DNA of 39,730 nucleotides from an uncultured Zetaproteobacteria bacterium (GCA_964414875.1 CAYPXU010000002.1:1-39730); one strand, 5' to 3'; positions 18,666 to 29,177 are shown, counted from the first letter of the stretch. Notes: generated from the letters alone by a model not told the origin. Numbers and translations: made by a program.

Positions 18666-19463
18666 TTATAGACTCAATACATCCTGCATATCATACCAAC
18701 CAGCGGGCTGCTCTAAAAGCCAGCTTGCAGCACGTACCGCACCTTTAGCAAAGACAATGCGATCTTGCGCAAAATGATTAATTTCAATACGCTCTTCATC
18801 GGCAATAAATGTAGCTTTATGATCACCAATAATGTTGCCCCCACGCACCACTGAAAAGCCAATACTTCCAGCTTCACGCCCCCCAGTAATCCCTGCACGG
18901 GCATACACCGCAACATCATCTAACTTCACATCACGACCATCGGCTAAAGCACGACCCATTGCTAAAGCGGTGCCCGATGGAGCATCCACTTTATGTTTGT
19001 GGTGCGCTTCATAGATTTCAGCATCATAATCACTACCCAACACCTGTGCAGCCTGCTGAATCAAGCTTAAAACCAAATTCACACCCACTGAATAGTTCGC
19101 TGCCATCACCACCCGCGAGGCAGAAAGTGTTGCTTTTAATACATCCATTTGTGCAGGTTCAAAACCCGTTGTGCCAATGACCATTGCCATATTCTTCTCT
19201 GCAACAAATTTAGCATGTTCCAAGCAGCCTTGCGGAGCTGTAAAATCAATCAACACATCTGCTGGCTCACATTGACTTAAGTCATCTACTAAGCTCACAC
19301 CCAATGCGCCAATAGCCGCTAAATTTCCTGCATCCGTACCAAGCAGCGCTGAATTTTCACGCTCTGTTGCGCCCACCAACTCTGCACTTTCATAAGCATC
19401 AATCGCTTTAACCAACATCCGCCCCATACGCCCTGAAGCACCTGTTACAATGACCTTCATCAT
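18666..19463 (-). CDS. dapB: 4-hydroxy-tetrahydrodipicolinate reductase
   Basis: 265 aa. N-terminal Rossmann motif [24 protein letters not shown] signature. The start overlaps the dnaJ stop. Confidence 0.93.
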   Translation of the reverse strand: MMKVIVTGASGRMGRMLVKAIDAYESAELVGATERENSALLGTDAGNLAAIGALGVSLVDDLSQCEPADVLIDFTAPQGCLEHAKFVAEKNMAMVIGTTGFEPAQMDVLKATLSASRVVMAANYSVGVNLVLSLIQQAAQVLGSDYDAEIYEAHHKHKVDAPSGTALAMGRALADGRDVKLDDVAVYARAGITGGREAGSIGFSVVRGGNIIGDHKATFIADEERIEINHFAQDRIVFAKGAVRAASWLLEQPAGWYDMQDVLSL

Positions 19464-20605
19464 TTCACCTCACTTGCCAAATCATCTATAAAGCTTTTAA
19501 CTTTACCCAAAAAAGAAGAGCGATCTGGATATACTTCATCACCGGTCGCCTCAGCAAACTTTTCTAGGGCTTCTCTTTGTACTTTTGATAACTTTTTAGG
19601 CACAGCAATATTCACGCGCACATACAAATCACCCGTTTGGTTGGTTCGCACATCTGGCACACCATGACCACGCAAACGAAACACGCGACCAGCCTCAGTT
19701 CCTGCTGGAATACGAATTTTCACATTTCCTGTCAACGTAGGTGCATCAATTTCTGTGCCCAATACGGCTTGTGGAAAGGTAATCGGCATATCACAATGCA
19801 AATCAGCGCCATCGCGCTCGAAAATTGCATGCTCTTTCAGGCTAACCACCACATACAAATCACCTGCTGGGCCGCCATGTTCACCCACTTCACCTTCACC
19901 AGATACACGAACCTGTGCACCATGATAAACACCCGCAGGCACTTTAATTTTTAGATTCTTGGTAACACGTTTACGACCTGTACCACCACAACTTACACAC
20001 GGTGATTCAATCTTTTTGCCCTGACCATGACAAGTAGGACATGTACGACGAACAGCAAAGAAACCTTGCTGCATTTGCACTTGCCCGTGACCACCACAGG
20101 TCGTACATGGCACAGGATGTGTGCCAGGGCGCGCACCTGAACCATCACAGGTATCGCAATGGGCATGCTTGGGAATATCCAATGCAACTTCTTTGCCCGC
20201 AGCAGCTTCTTCAAGCGTTAACTCCAAATCATAACGCAAATCCGAACCACGATTGACTTGCTGTCCACCGCCCTGACCCCCACCGAACATGTTACCAAAC
20301 ACATCACCAAACAAATCACCAAAATCACGATAAGCATGTGAATCTTGGAATCCACCTGCACCAAAACCACCCATTTGAGCATCTACACCCGCATGACCAT
20401 ATTGATCATAACGACTACGCTTATCATCATCGGATAGCACCTCATAGGCTTCCGTTACTTCACGAAAGTTTGCAGCCGCAGCCTCATCATCAGGATTCTT
20501 ATCTGGATGATATTTCATGGCTAACTTTCGATAGGCACGCTTAATACCATTGGCATCCGCACTTTTTTCTACACCCAAAACTTCATAATAATCGCGTTGT
20601 GACAC
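19460..20605 (-). CDS. dnaJ: Molecular chaperone DnaJ
   Basis: J domain with HPD (KYHPDKNP), a G/F-rich linker, and four CxxCxGxG zinc-finger repeats. Confidence 0.97.
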   Translation of the reverse strand: MSQRDYYEVLGVEKSADANGIKRAYRKLAMKYHPDKNPDDEAAAANFREVTEAYEVLSDDDKRSRYDQYGHAGVDAQMGGFGAGGFQDSHAYRDFGDLFGDVFGNMFGGGQGGGQQVNRGSDLRYDLELTLEEAAAGKEVALDIPKHAHCDTCDGSGARPGTHPVPCTTCGGHGQVQMQQGFFAVRRTCPTCHGQGKKIESPCVSCGGTGRKRVTKNLKIKVPAGVYHGAQVRVSGEGEVGEHGGPAGDLYVVVSLKEHAIFERDGADLHCDMPITFPQAVLGTEIDAPTLTGNVKIRIPAGTEAGRVFRLRGHGVPDVRTNQTGDLYVRVNIAVPKKLSKVQREALEKFAEATGDEVYPDRSSFLGKVKSFIDDLASEVK

Positions 20606-20654
20606 AGGCTATCTCCAAGCTTATATTCTTATTCTATCATACTCTTAAACAACA

Positions 20655-20688
20655 AGAGGGAGCAAGGTACACCGTACCCGCTCCCTCT
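20655..20688 (-). terminator. Strong intergenic hairpin between dnaK and dnaJ (attenuator/partial terminator)
   Basis: Arms agagggagc / gctccctct give a perfect 9-bp stem, with an inner ggtac/gtacc extension. On the minus strand a U-rich tract (uuguuguuu) follows. Confidence 0.55.
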
Positions 20689-20706
20689 CTATCAAGCTAT
20701 CAACAC

Positions 20707-22653
20707 TTACTTTTTATCATCAACCACTTCTGCATCAACCACTTCTGCATCCATCACGTCTGCACCTTTTGCTCTAGAAGCAGTATCAGCACCCGTTTCT
20801 GGTGCTGCACCTGCTGCATCACCAGCTTCTGAAGCAGCTTGTTCAGCTTGCATCTTTTGATACACAGCCTCACCCAACTTCTGTGATTTCTCACCCAAGT
20901 TTTCTTCAGCCTTCTTAATCGCCTCAATATCAGAGCCTTCCAAGGCAGTTTTTAATTCTGCCATCGCAGTTTCAATCGCCGCTTTGGTTTCATCATCGAC
21001 AGCCTCAGCATTTTCTTTCAATGATTTTTCAGTAGCATAATACATCTGATCCGCACGGTTACGGGTCTCAATATTTTCTTTTGCTTTCGCATCTTCATCA
21101 GCATGGGCTTCAGCATCTTGTTTCATACGTTCGATTTCTTCTTCGGACAAACCAGAACCTGATTCAATACGAATCGATGTTTCCTTGCCTGTACCCTTAT
21201 CTTTCGCATGCACATGGATAATACCATTAGCATCAATATCAAAGGTCACTTCAATTTGCGGCATACCACGTGCTGCTGGAGCAATACCTTCAAGGTTAAA
21301 CAAACCCATTTCTTTATTGGCAGAGAAGATTTCACGCTCACCCTGGGCAATTTTAATGGTTACCGCTGTTTGGTTATCCGCAGCAGTCGTATAAGTTTGG
21401 CTCTTTTTGGTTGGGATGGTGGTGTTTTTCTCAATAATCTTATTGAATAAACCACCTTCCACTTCAATGCCCAAAGACAATGGCGTAACATCAAGCAATA
21501 ACACATCTGTCACATCACCCGTCAAGATTGCGCCCTGAATACCCGCACCAATCGCCACAACTTCATCAGGATTCACACCTTTATGAGGCTCTTTGCCAAA
21601 AAATGCTTCCACTTTGCTTTGTACCAATGGCATACGTGTTTGACCACCCACCAATACAACATCATGAATTTCAGATGCTTTCACACCTGCATCTTTCAAG
21701 GCTTGTTTACATGGAGCCAATGAATGCTCAACCAAATCTCCTACCAAGGATTCAAACTTGGCACGTGTTACTTTTACCAACAAATGTTTAGGACCTGATG
21801 CATCCGCAGTAATAAATGGTAGGTTTACTTCTGTCTGTTGTGCCGAAGACAATTCAATCTTAGCTTTTTCCGCAGCTTCTTTTAAGCGTTGTAATGCCAA
21901 CTTATCTTGTAATAAATCTACACCATTTTCTTTCTTAAATTCTTCTGCGAGGTATTTAATAAGCACTTGATCAAAATCTTCACCCCCCAAGAAAGTATCA
22001 CCATTGGTGGCTTTTACTTCAAATACGCCATCACCGATTTCCAAGATAGACACATCAAATGTACCACCACCCAAATCGTAAACAGCAATCAAATGATTCT
22101 CTTCAGTTTTATCCAAACCATATGCCAATGCCGCAGCCGTTGGCTCGTTTACAATACGCAATACGTTCAAGCCAGCAATCGCACCAGCATCTTTGGTTGC
22201 TTGGCGTTGAGAGTCATTAAAATATGCAGGAACTGTAATCACAGCATCCGTCACAGTTTCGCCCAAATAATCTTCTGCTGTTGTTTTCATCTTCTGCAAA
22301 GTGATTGCAGAGATTTCCTGAGGGCTCATCTTCTTGCCATCAACTTCAAGCCAAGCATCACCATTATCAGCAGCTACAATAGGATAGGAAACCAACTCAT
22401 GGTGATGTTTGGTTTCTTTTGAATCAAATTTACGACCAATCAAACGTTTAACCGCATAAAAAGTGTTATCCGGATTGGTTACCATCTGACGCTTCGCAGC
22501 AGCACCTACCAAACGCTCATCCCCAGTAAATGCCACAACCGACGGGGTTGTATTATCACCTTCTGCATTTGGGATTACTTTATGCGTATCACCTTCCATC
22601 ACAGATACACATGAATTGGTTGTTCCTAAATCAATACCAATAACTTTTGCCAT
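20707..22653 (-). CDS. dnaK: Molecular chaperone DnaK (Hsp70)
   Basis: 648 aa. Canonical Hsp70 signatures ([26 protein letters not shown]). Confidence 0.98.
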   Translation of the reverse strand: MAKVIGIDLGTTNSCVSVMEGDTHKVIPNAEGDNTTPSVVAFTGDERLVGAAAKRQMVTNPDNTFYAVKRLIGRKFDSKETKHHHELVSYPIVAADNGDAWLEVDGKKMSPQEISAITLQKMKTTAEDYLGETVTDAVITVPAYFNDSQRQATKDAGAIAGLNVLRIVNEPTAAALAYGLDKTEENHLIAVYDLGGGTFDVSILEIGDGVFEVKATNGDTFLGGEDFDQVLIKYLAEEFKKENGVDLLQDKLALQRLKEAAEKAKIELSSAQQTEVNLPFITADASGPKHLLVKVTRAKFESLVGDLVEHSLAPCKQALKDAGVKASEIHDVVLVGGQTRMPLVQSKVEAFFGKEPHKGVNPDEVVAIGAGIQGAILTGDVTDVLLLDVTPLSLGIEVEGGLFNKIIEKNTTIPTKKSQTYTTAADNQTAVTIKIAQGEREIFSANKEMGLFNLEGIAPAARGMPQIEVTFDIDANGIIHVHAKDKGTGKETSIRIESGSGLSEEEIERMKQDAEAHADEDAKAKENIETRNRADQMYYATEKSLKENAEAVDDETKAAIETAMAELKTALEGSDIEAIKKAEENLGEKSQKLGEAVYQKMQAEQAASEAGDAAGAAPETGADTASRAKGADVMDAEVVDAEVVDDKK

Positions 22654-22703
22654 GTTCTTACACTCCTGTACTTCCTAAAACTTTAAATATCTTCTTACTG
22701 CAT

Positions 22704-22733
22704 GTATGGGGGTGCTGATTTCTCGATTCAACC
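22704..22733 (-). promoter_or_regulatory. Sigma-32 (RpoH) type heat-shock promoter for dnaK
   Basis: The minus strand reads GTTGAAT-N14-CCCCATAC, matching the CTTGAA-N13-15-CCCCATnT heat-shock consensus. It lies ~50 nt upstream of the dnaK ATG, which has an AGGAG RBS. Confidence 0.6.
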
Positions 22734-22760
22734 CCTGTATTTTCCATTCTCTTTTCTGAA

Positions 22761-23327
22761 CTATTTACCGCTGGATACCAAAACTTGCGCTGGGCGAATC
22801 AAACGACCATTTAAGGTATAACCAGCACAATGTTGATTGATCACCGTTCCTTCTGGCTCATCCGATGGCATTTTTGATAAAGCTTCGTGTTTATGCGGGT
22901 CAAACTGTTCACCCACAGCATCAATGCGTTCCACATCGAATTTGCCCATCATGCCATGCCATGAATCCAATGTGCGTTGCACACCATCACGCAAGGCTTC
23001 TTCCTTACCTTCTTCAACTTCCAAGGCACGTTCAAGATTATCCACCACATCAAGCAAGGCGACTGCAAACTTCTCGACTGCAAACTTGCGTGCATCCACT
23101 ACTTCACGAGCAGTGCGTTTACGTAAATTATCCATTTCTGCATGCTGGCGAAGCAGTTTATCATTGAGCTCGCTCACTTCATTTTCTAGTGCCTGTATCG
23201 GATCAATAGGATCACCTTCTTCATCCACAGTGAGCACATCATCTTCCAATGACACCTCTTCACTCACTTCATCTTTCATGTTTTCTATCTCTTGTTCTTC
23301 GATGTCTTGTTTCTTCTTGTTGCTCAC
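22761..23327 (-). CDS. grpE: Nucleotide exchange factor GrpE
   Basis: 188 aa. Acidic N-terminus, a coiled-coil region and a GrpE C-terminal beta domain (GYTLNGRLIRPAQV). GTG start with a GGAGG RBS. Confidence 0.93.
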   Translation of the reverse strand: MSNKKKQDIEEQEIENMKDEVSEEVSLEDDVLTVDEEGDPIDPIQALENEVSELNDKLLRQHAEMDNLRKRTAREVVDARKFAVEKFAVALLDVVDNLERALEVEEGKEEALRDGVQRTLDSWHGMMGKFDVERIDAVGEQFDPHKHEALSKMPSDEPEGTVINQHCAGYTLNGRLIRPAQVLVSSGK

Positions 23328-23356
23328 AACAATCCTCCATCAATTGGCTACTCGGT

Positions 23357-23386
23357 TATATAGGTATTGCAAAAATAACTTTCAAC
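23357..23386 (-). promoter_or_regulatory. Candidate grpE promoter (TTGAAA-N17-TATATA; also partly sigma-32-like)
   Basis: The minus strand reads GGGGGGTTGAAAgttatttttgcaataCCTATATA. It can be read as sigma-70 (TTGAAA/17 nt/TATATA) or as an imperfect sigma-32 -10 element (CCTATATA). Confidence 0.4.
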
Positions 23387-23493
23387 CCCCCTACATATAT
23401 AAATCTCGCACCAACTTCACAGAACTTGCAACTCACATCCTCCACAGCAATATGTGGCAGAATCAAAAACCCAAAAGTAGAGAGCCCACAAGC

Positions 23494-24315
23494 ATGCAAA
23501 AGTTAGCCCAGAAAATCGTCCAACATAGTATTTTCGAGCAGTTTATCATTACTATTATCCTTATAAGTGCCGTGCTTATTGGTCTCGAAACATCTACAGA
23601 TATTATGGGTTCATATGGCGATTGGATACACATCGGAAACCAAGTGGTTCTGGCTATTTTTATCATTGAAGCAGCACTTAAAATATATGCCGTAGCACCT
23701 AAACTCAGTGGTTATTTCGGCAAGGGCTGGAATGTCTTTGATTTCACCATTATTGTATTGGCACTACTTCCAAGCACAGGTGAATTTGCCATGATTGCAC
23801 GTTTGGCACGCTTACTTCGTGTGCTGCGTCTAATTTCAGCTATTCCTGAATTACGTCTGATTGTTTCCACGCTTATACGCTCTATTCCTAGCATGGCGAA
23901 TGTTATGTTATTGATGAGTGTTATCTTTTATATTTACGCAGTCGCTGGGCAACAGCTATTCCACGAACATGACCCAGAACATTGGCGCAATATTGGCATT
24001 TCATTGCTTACATTGTTTCGCATTGTCACCTTGGAAGATTGGACAGATCTGATGTATACTGCCATGGCAATGAATCCATACAGTTGGATTTATTTTGTTT
24101 CATTTGTCATTCTAGGAACGTTTGTGATTATCAATTTATTTATTGCCGTAGTCATCAATAATTTGGACGAGGCCAAGCAGGAACAACTCAACTCAATGCG
24201 CACACCACCCAGCCGCGATGAGCTATTAAAAGAGCTAGCGCAAACACAAAAGGCATTGGCATCACTGAGTCAACAGCTCAATAATAAAGACATTGATACA
24301 CTTACCAAGCAATAA
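23494..24315 (+). CDS. Prokaryotic voltage-gated cation channel, NaChBac/NavAb (BacNav) family
   Basis: 273 aa. Six TM segments. S4 has Arg at every third position (ARLARLLRVLRL). Pore motif FRIVTLEDWTD. C-terminal coiled coil. Alignable by eye along its whole length to NavAb. The ORF-track frame extends upstream to 22837, but that part is antisense to grpE and is rejected. Confidence 0.85.
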   Translation: MQKLAQKIVQHSIFEQFIITIILISAVLIGLETSTDIMGSYGDWIHIGNQVVLAIFIIEAALKIYAVAPKLSGYFGKGWNVFDFTIIVLALLPSTGEFAMIARLARLLRVLRLISAIPELRLIVSTLIRSIPSMANVMLLMSVIFYIYAVAGQQLFHEHDPEHWRNIGISLLTLFRIVTLEDWTDLMYTAMAMNPYSWIYFVSFVILGTFVIINLFIAVVINNLDEAKQEQLNSMRTPPSRDELLKELAQTQKALASLSQQLNNKDIDTLTKQ

Positions 24316-24411
24316 CCATCAATAACTTATGCCTTAGTTCGGCCTAGACTATAAACCGTGATACCACCTTTTGGATTATGGGTAATATGGTTTTTTCCGT
24401 CACCCATACAA

Positions 24412-25305
24412 TTAATTAAACACTTTCAAACGCATAACAAACTGGCGCTTGCCAATGCTAGAGTATCTACCAAGCAACACCTTAGCCAACATCTCTGCCT
24501 CTTGATCTACCGCTGCAATCGTCACTTCTTCCCCTAGAGGAATCGTAAGCTCCGTTGCCGCACCTGCTATGATTATATCTTGCTTCTGCTTAAACTTTGG
24601 ATTTGCATTGTATTGCAAATAAGCATTGGGAGTCACAGGCGTTCCATTCTTACCAAGGATCAATACATTCTGATTATTATCCAAGCCTGATTGATTCACA
24701 CGTTTCATCCAAGGAATAATATGCACATGTACCAAACCATGACCTGCTAATCTGGCTCGAACATAAAAACCCGTAGTAATCGGAACCAATGCAATACTGC
24801 GCTCTTCAATCACACCATAAGCACTTAACCAACGACGTGTTTCACTATTAAACTGCTGAATACTCCCCGTTTCAATGCGTCCAGATTTATTAGCACTCAC
24901 GCGCAACTGATAACGACTACGACTCGATACATGCTGTAACTGTTGACCCACAGCTAATCGAGCCCATCCCCCAGACAGTGGCGACATCGAAACAGAGCCT
25001 GCAATAGAAGCCTCTTCTAGACTCGAAATATCTTCAATTTTTAATTCGATGGTTAATTGCTTAACTGGTTTATCAAGCTTCTTTAACAGTGTTTTGGCTT
25101 TTTTAATGTATGCAGTTTTATCATCAATCAATAACACACGCGATGTGTTGATTTCCACAACTTTGCCTTCATTGGAAAGTTGTGTTCTTACAACTTCAGC
25201 AGCTTCATGCAATGGTAAAAAATAAACTTCTATCGTTTCCGTTGCAGCATAAGAAGCAGGCATCCAGCTACAAAAAATAAATAAAGGAACAAGTAGTTTT
25301 CTCAT
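24412..25305 (-). CDS. Secreted protein with a secretin-N (NolW-like) type N-terminal domain, hypothetical
   Basis: ATG at 25305 has a GAGG RBS. Signal peptide MRKLLVPLFIFCSWMPASYA. The segment IEVYFLPLHEAAEVVRTQL...VLLIDDKTAYIKKAKTLLKKLDKPVKQLTIELKI resembles the secretin N-domain pattern. The rest is unassigned. Confidence 0.5.
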   Translation of the reverse strand: MRKLLVPLFIFCSWMPASYAATETIEVYFLPLHEAAEVVRTQLSNEGKVVEINTSRVLLIDDKTAYIKKAKTLLKKLDKPVKQLTIELKIEDISSLEEASIAGSVSMSPLSGGWARLAVGQQLQHVSSRSRYQLRVSANKSGRIETGSIQQFNSETRRWLSAYGVIEERSIALVPITTGFYVRARLAGHGLVHVHIIPWMKRVNQSGLDNNQNVLILGKNGTPVTPNAYLQYNANPKFKQKQDIIIAGAATELTIPLGEEVTIAAVDQEAEMLAKVLLGRYSSIGKRQFVMRLKVFN

Positions 25306-25342
25306 GGCATACCTCAACAGCTAGGAGTCTTAGTTTCTACGT

Positions 25343-26017
25343 TTATTTAACAGAGCTACGCCATAATTTTGATCGTGATGCAGCCTGCTCTTTGCGCCAC
25401 GCTTCTATTTTTGCATGGTCGCCACTCAGCAACACATCGGGCACTCGCTTACCTTCAAATATTTCTGGACGTGTATAATGCGGCCAGTCCAAGATTCCAT
25501 CTTCTGTAAAGGAATCAAGCACAGCTGATTCAGCAGAACCCAATACATCAGGAAGCAGTCGTATCACCGCATCTAAAACAGACAATGCCGCAGGTTCACC
25601 ACCCGACAACACATAGTCACCTAGTGATAGTTGCTCATCAACTTCATCACAAATACGCTCATCAAAGCCTTCATAACGACCACAAAGCAGCGTTAAGTGC
25701 TTCTTCTCAACATATTCAAGAGCTTTTTTTTGGCTAAAACGCACACCAGATGGCGTAAGCATGACCACATGGGTTTGTGGATCACGTTTGCGTGCTTCAC
25801 GAATAGCCGCAACCACTGGCTCTGCTTTCATCAGCATACCAGGACCACCACCATAGGGTTTATCATCGATAGTTCGATGTTTATCCGTAGTGAAATCACG
25901 CATTTGAATGCAATCGACTTTGGCAAGCTTCGCCTCAATGGCGCGTTTGGGAATCGAACAACTTAAGGGGGAATCAAAGAACTCTGGAAATAAGGTTAGG
26001 ATTTGGGCGCGAAACAT
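25343..26017 (-). CDS. trmD: tRNA (guanine37-N1)-methyltransferase
   Basis: Conserved MFRAQILTLFPEFF N-terminus, YGGGPGM motif and GRYEGFDERI motif. I prefer the ATG at 26017 (22-nt overlap with rimM) over the ORF-track start at 26107. Confidence 0.92.
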   Translation of the reverse strand: MFRAQILTLFPEFFDSPLSCSIPKRAIEAKLAKVDCIQMRDFTTDKHRTIDDKPYGGGPGMLMKAEPVVAAIREARKRDPQTHVVMLTPSGVRFSQKKALEYVEKKHLTLLCGRYEGFDERICDEVDEQLSLGDYVLSGGEPAALSVLDAVIRLLPDVLGSAESAVLDSFTEDGILDWPHYTRPEIFEGKRVPDVLLSGDHAKIEAWRKEQAASRSKLWRSSVK

Positions 26018-26538
26018 GCATCCATCCCATCCAGAAAACAGACATCCACACGGCGATTTTCCATATCTACCAGTTGTATCACATCTTCTGTGAACGGTAG
26101 CATCCACTCACCTTGCACATCTGCATGTTCAGGGGCTTTCACGACCAAAATATCCTGTGCGCCATATTCTTCGAGGGCTTTCACAGAACCGATAAGTTTA
26201 TCATCCACATAGACAGCGCAGCCCAGCAACTCTTCCCATAAATATTCATCATCATCCACTTCGATTTCATCAGCAGAGACCCAAATTTTTATTTTCTTAA
26301 GTTGTTCGGCTTGTGTGCGGGTAGTAACGCCTTCAAGTTCAGCCAACATGCCTTTGTTGCCATGCTGCCAGCAACGATTTACTGGGTGAGCCTTGGCACT
26401 CTCGGCAGTCATGCCCAAGTACCAACAAGAATACCCAGCGATGCCAGAGGCAGGCCGGGTATCCGAATAAACAGTAAGAGTGCCCTTTAGACCATGAACG
26501 CCTAAAATGGTACCCACACAAATCAATGTATCAGTCAT
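25996..26538 (-). CDS. rimM: Ribosome maturation factor RimM
   Basis: 180 aa. N-terminal GTILGVHGLKG motif and a PRC-barrel C-terminus. Canonical position between rpsP and trmD. Confidence 0.9.
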   Translation of the reverse strand: MTDTLICVGTILGVHGLKGTLTVYSDTRPASGIAGYSCWYLGMTAESAKAHPVNRCWQHGNKGMLAELEGVTTRTQAEQLKKIKIWVSADEIEVDDDEYLWEELLGCAVYVDDKLIGSVKALEEYGAQDILVVKAPEHADVQGEWMLPFTEDVIQLVDMENRRVDVCFLDGMDACFAPKS

Positions 26539-26594
26539 ACTATAAAGAAAGGCATGGTTTCACGAGAAAATAACACGCCCTTATTCAAGAATAG

Positions 26595-26846
26595 TTACGC
26601 AGATGCCTTAGCAGAAGTCTTGGCAATCAAGCTTGCAACACGATCTGAAGGCTGTGCACCCAAATCAGTCCATGCTTTTACACGCTCAAGATCCAACTCA
26701 ATTACTTCTGGCTCCTTGCAAGGATCATAGTAGCCCAATTTTTCAATAAACGCGCCATCACGACGTTTACGTTCATCCATTACTACTACTGCATAAAACG
26801 GGCGTTTCTTACGTCCACCACGTTGCAAGCGAATCACTGTTGCCAT
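26595..26846 (-). CDS. rpsP: 30S ribosomal protein S16
   Basis: 83 aa; [22 protein letters not shown] is the canonical S16 N-terminus. Confidence 0.97.
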   Translation of the reverse strand: MATVIRLQRGGRKKRPFYAVVVMDERKRRDGAFIEKLGYYDPCKEPEVIELDLERVKAWTDLGAQPSDRVASLIAKTSAKASA

Positions 26847-26941
26847 AGTTCAAAACCTCCAAAATCAGGCGCGCACTATAACTGGCAAGCCTTAAAAGTC
26901 ATCATTTTAATTTTATTTAACGTCAAAAAAGCAACACTAGC

Positions 26942-28306
26942 TTACATCTTTGGCATACCGCCCATGCCGCCACCCATACCACCAAACTGCCCCATCATTT
27001 GCGACATCATACGTTTTCCTTTGCCACCTTTCATTTTTCTCATCATTTTTTGCATTTGCGCAAACTGCTTAAGCATCTTATTTAACTCAGGTACAGATGT
27101 CCCCGAACCAGCTGCAATACGTTTTTTCCTGCTACCATTGATAAGCCGAGGGTATTGACGCTCTTTGCCCGTCATTGAATAAACCATCGCCTGCATACGT
27201 TTCATGGGCTTATCATCGACTTGTGACAATGCTTCTTTTGGTAAGTTCACACCAGGCAGCATCTTCAACATGCTCGCCATACCACCCATATTCTGCATTT
27301 GCCCCAATTGCTCGGCAAAATCCATCAAATCAAATGAGCCTTTCTTAACCTTCTTCGCCAATTTCTCAGCACTTGCCTGATCCACATTTGCCTGAATCTT
27401 CTCAACCAGACCAACCACATCACCCTGCCCTAAAATCCGACCAGCCATACGTTGCGGATCAAACAATTCAAAGGCATCAATCTTTTCACCCGTACCAACA
27501 TAACGTACTGGCACACCTGTGCTATGCGCCACAGAAAGTGCTGCGCCACCACGCACATCAGCGTCAGTTTTGGTTAATACACAACCTGATAATGTTACCG
27601 TTGCATGAAACTGCTCGGCAATTTGCAAAGCTGTTTGCCCAGTCATTGAATCCAATACCAAAAGTCGCTCTGTTGCCTGCACGGCATCCGCAACAGATTT
27701 TATTTCAGTCATCAAATCATCATCAACAACCTGCCGACCTGCCGTATCCAAAATAAGAATATGATGCCCACCAGTTCTTGCCAACTGCAAAGCTGATTTT
27801 GCCATCTTCGCAGCCGAAGAACCTTCACCTACAAGATAGGGAACATCCACTTGCCCCGCCAGAATCTGCAACTGTTCGCGTGCTGCAGGACGTGTGGCAT
27901 CAACACTGGTCAAAGCTACTTTTTTGCCCTGTGAGGTTAATAAACGCGCCAATTTACCTGCTGTGGTCGTTTTACCCGCACCTTGCAAACCGCACAATAA
28001 AATAACTGATGGAATCTTTGATAAATCCAAATCGCGACGCTGGCCACCCAGCACATCTGCCAACACATCATTAAGAATTTTAACAATGACCTGACCCGGA
28101 TTCAGACTTTTAGCAACATCCGCACCCAAAGCTCGTTCCCGAGCCTCTGCCATCAAATGTCTCACCACGGGTAATGCCACATCCGCTTCCAACAGAGCCA
28201 TGCGCATTTCACGCAATGTCGCATCAAGATCTGCTTCGCTAATACGCGCAACACCACGTAATTTATTGGCTATACCACCTATTTTTTCACTTAAACGATC
28301 AAACAT
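26942..28306 (-). CDS. ffh: Signal recognition particle protein Ffh
   Basis: 454 aa. NG domain with GLQGAGKTTT, DTAGR and TKTD motifs. Met-rich M domain and Gly/Met tail. Confidence 0.97.
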   Translation of the reverse strand: MFDRLSEKIGGIANKLRGVARISEADLDATLREMRMALLEADVALPVVRHLMAEARERALGADVAKSLNPGQVIVKILNDVLADVLGGQRRDLDLSKIPSVILLCGLQGAGKTTTAGKLARLLTSQGKKVALTSVDATRPAAREQLQILAGQVDVPYLVGEGSSAAKMAKSALQLARTGGHHILILDTAGRQVVDDDLMTEIKSVADAVQATERLLVLDSMTGQTALQIAEQFHATVTLSGCVLTKTDADVRGGAALSVAHSTGVPVRYVGTGEKIDAFELFDPQRMAGRILGQGDVVGLVEKIQANVDQASAEKLAKKVKKGSFDLMDFAEQLGQMQNMGGMASMLKMLPGVNLPKEALSQVDDKPMKRMQAMVYSMTGKERQYPRLINGSRKKRIAAGSGTSVPELNKMLKQFAQMQKMMRKMKGGKGKRMMSQMMGQFGGMGGGMGGMPKM

Positions 28307-28347
28307 GATTCACTCCAACACCTAAAACTATTCATCATTCATAACGC

Positions 28348-28373
28348 AAAAAGGGAAGGCAAGCAGCCCTCCC
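28348..28373 (-). terminator. Rho-independent terminator downstream of the FKBP gene
   Basis: Minus-strand RNA reads gggagggc-ugcuu-gccuuccc: an 8-bp G/C-rich stem with one G.U pair, followed by UUUUU. Confidence 0.75.
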
Positions 28374-28397
28374 TCTTTATTTATTATCGTTACACTG

Positions 28398-29132
28398 TTA
28401 TTTCGCAGGGCTCTCGACAGGCTTTTCAGCTTCAATTGCCAATAATTCCACTTCAAAAATTAACGTCGAGTTTGGCGCAATCGTTGCCCCTGCACCACGC
28501 TCACCGTAAGCCAAATCAGATGGGACATAGAACTTAAACTTTGAGCCTACAGGCATCAGTTGCACACCTTCTGTCCAGCCTTTAATCACGCCATTTAATG
28601 GAAAAGAAATCGGCTGACCGCGTTTGTATGACGAATCAAACTCTGTGCCATCAAGCGTTGTACCACGGTAATGAACTTTCACCTTATCTGTAGCTTTAGG
28701 CTTTGCACCATCACCCATTTTTAATACTTCATATTGTAATCCACTCGCTGTCGTAGTTACACCGTCTTTTTTAGCATTTTCTGCTAAAAACTTCTCACCT
28801 TCTGCTTTATTTTTGACACCCGAAGCTTTGCGTTCTTCCGCCTTCTTTGCAGCACGTTTTTGAAAGAACGCCTGTTTTGCCTTACCAGCTTCTGCTACTG
28901 TCAAACGTGTATCCACATTATCTAATTGGGCATTCAAAGCTTCTGTAAATGCAGCGCGATCAATATCTGTAGCCAAACCCTTTAATGATTTACCTACATC
29001 CATACCAATCGCATAACTTACTTTTGATACTTCACTATCCAACACTGCTTGCTTGGGAGCTTCAGCTTTTTGCTGTTGAGAACAGGCTGCCAACATGGCA
29101 ACTACTGCGACTACAATATACTTTTTCATCAT
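28398..29132 (-). CDS. FKBP-type peptidyl-prolyl cis-trans isomerase, Mip/FkpA-like lipoprotein
   Basis: Signal peptide with lipobox LAAC. Long helical N-terminal dimerisation region. C-terminal FKBP domain (VHYRGTTLDGTEFDSS, GVIKGWTEG, LIFEVELL). Start at ATG 29132 or 29129, after AAGGGGA. Confidence 0.88.
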   Translation of the reverse strand: MMKKYIVVAVVAMLAACSQQQKAEAPKQAVLDSEVSKVSYAIGMDVGKSLKGLATDIDRAAFTEALNAQLDNVDTRLTVAEAGKAKQAFFQKRAAKKAEERKASGVKNKAEGEKFLAENAKKDGVTTTASGLQYEVLKMGDGAKPKATDKVKVHYRGTTLDGTEFDSSYKRGQPISFPLNGVIKGWTEGVQLMPVGSKFKFYVPSDLAYGERGAGATIAPNSTLIFEVELLAIEAEKPVESPAK

Positions 29133-29177
29133 ATCCCCTTTACTTTTCTTAAATAAAAAATTATTCACGCTTTACAA

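Noticed and set aside
22837-23493. The ORF-track frame extends the channel ORF upstream to a 492-aa protein.
   Set aside because: This part is antisense to grpE and is low-complexity Ser/Thr-rich. The BacNav homology starts only at the ATG at 23494 (MQKLAQKIV...), so it is a shadow extension rather than coding sequence.
24316-24411. A hairpin tatgggt-N18-acccata lies in the convergent gap between the channel gene and the secretin-like gene.
   Set aside because: The 7-bp A/T-rich stem has an 18-nt loop and no clean U-tract on either strand. This is too weak to call a bidirectional terminator.
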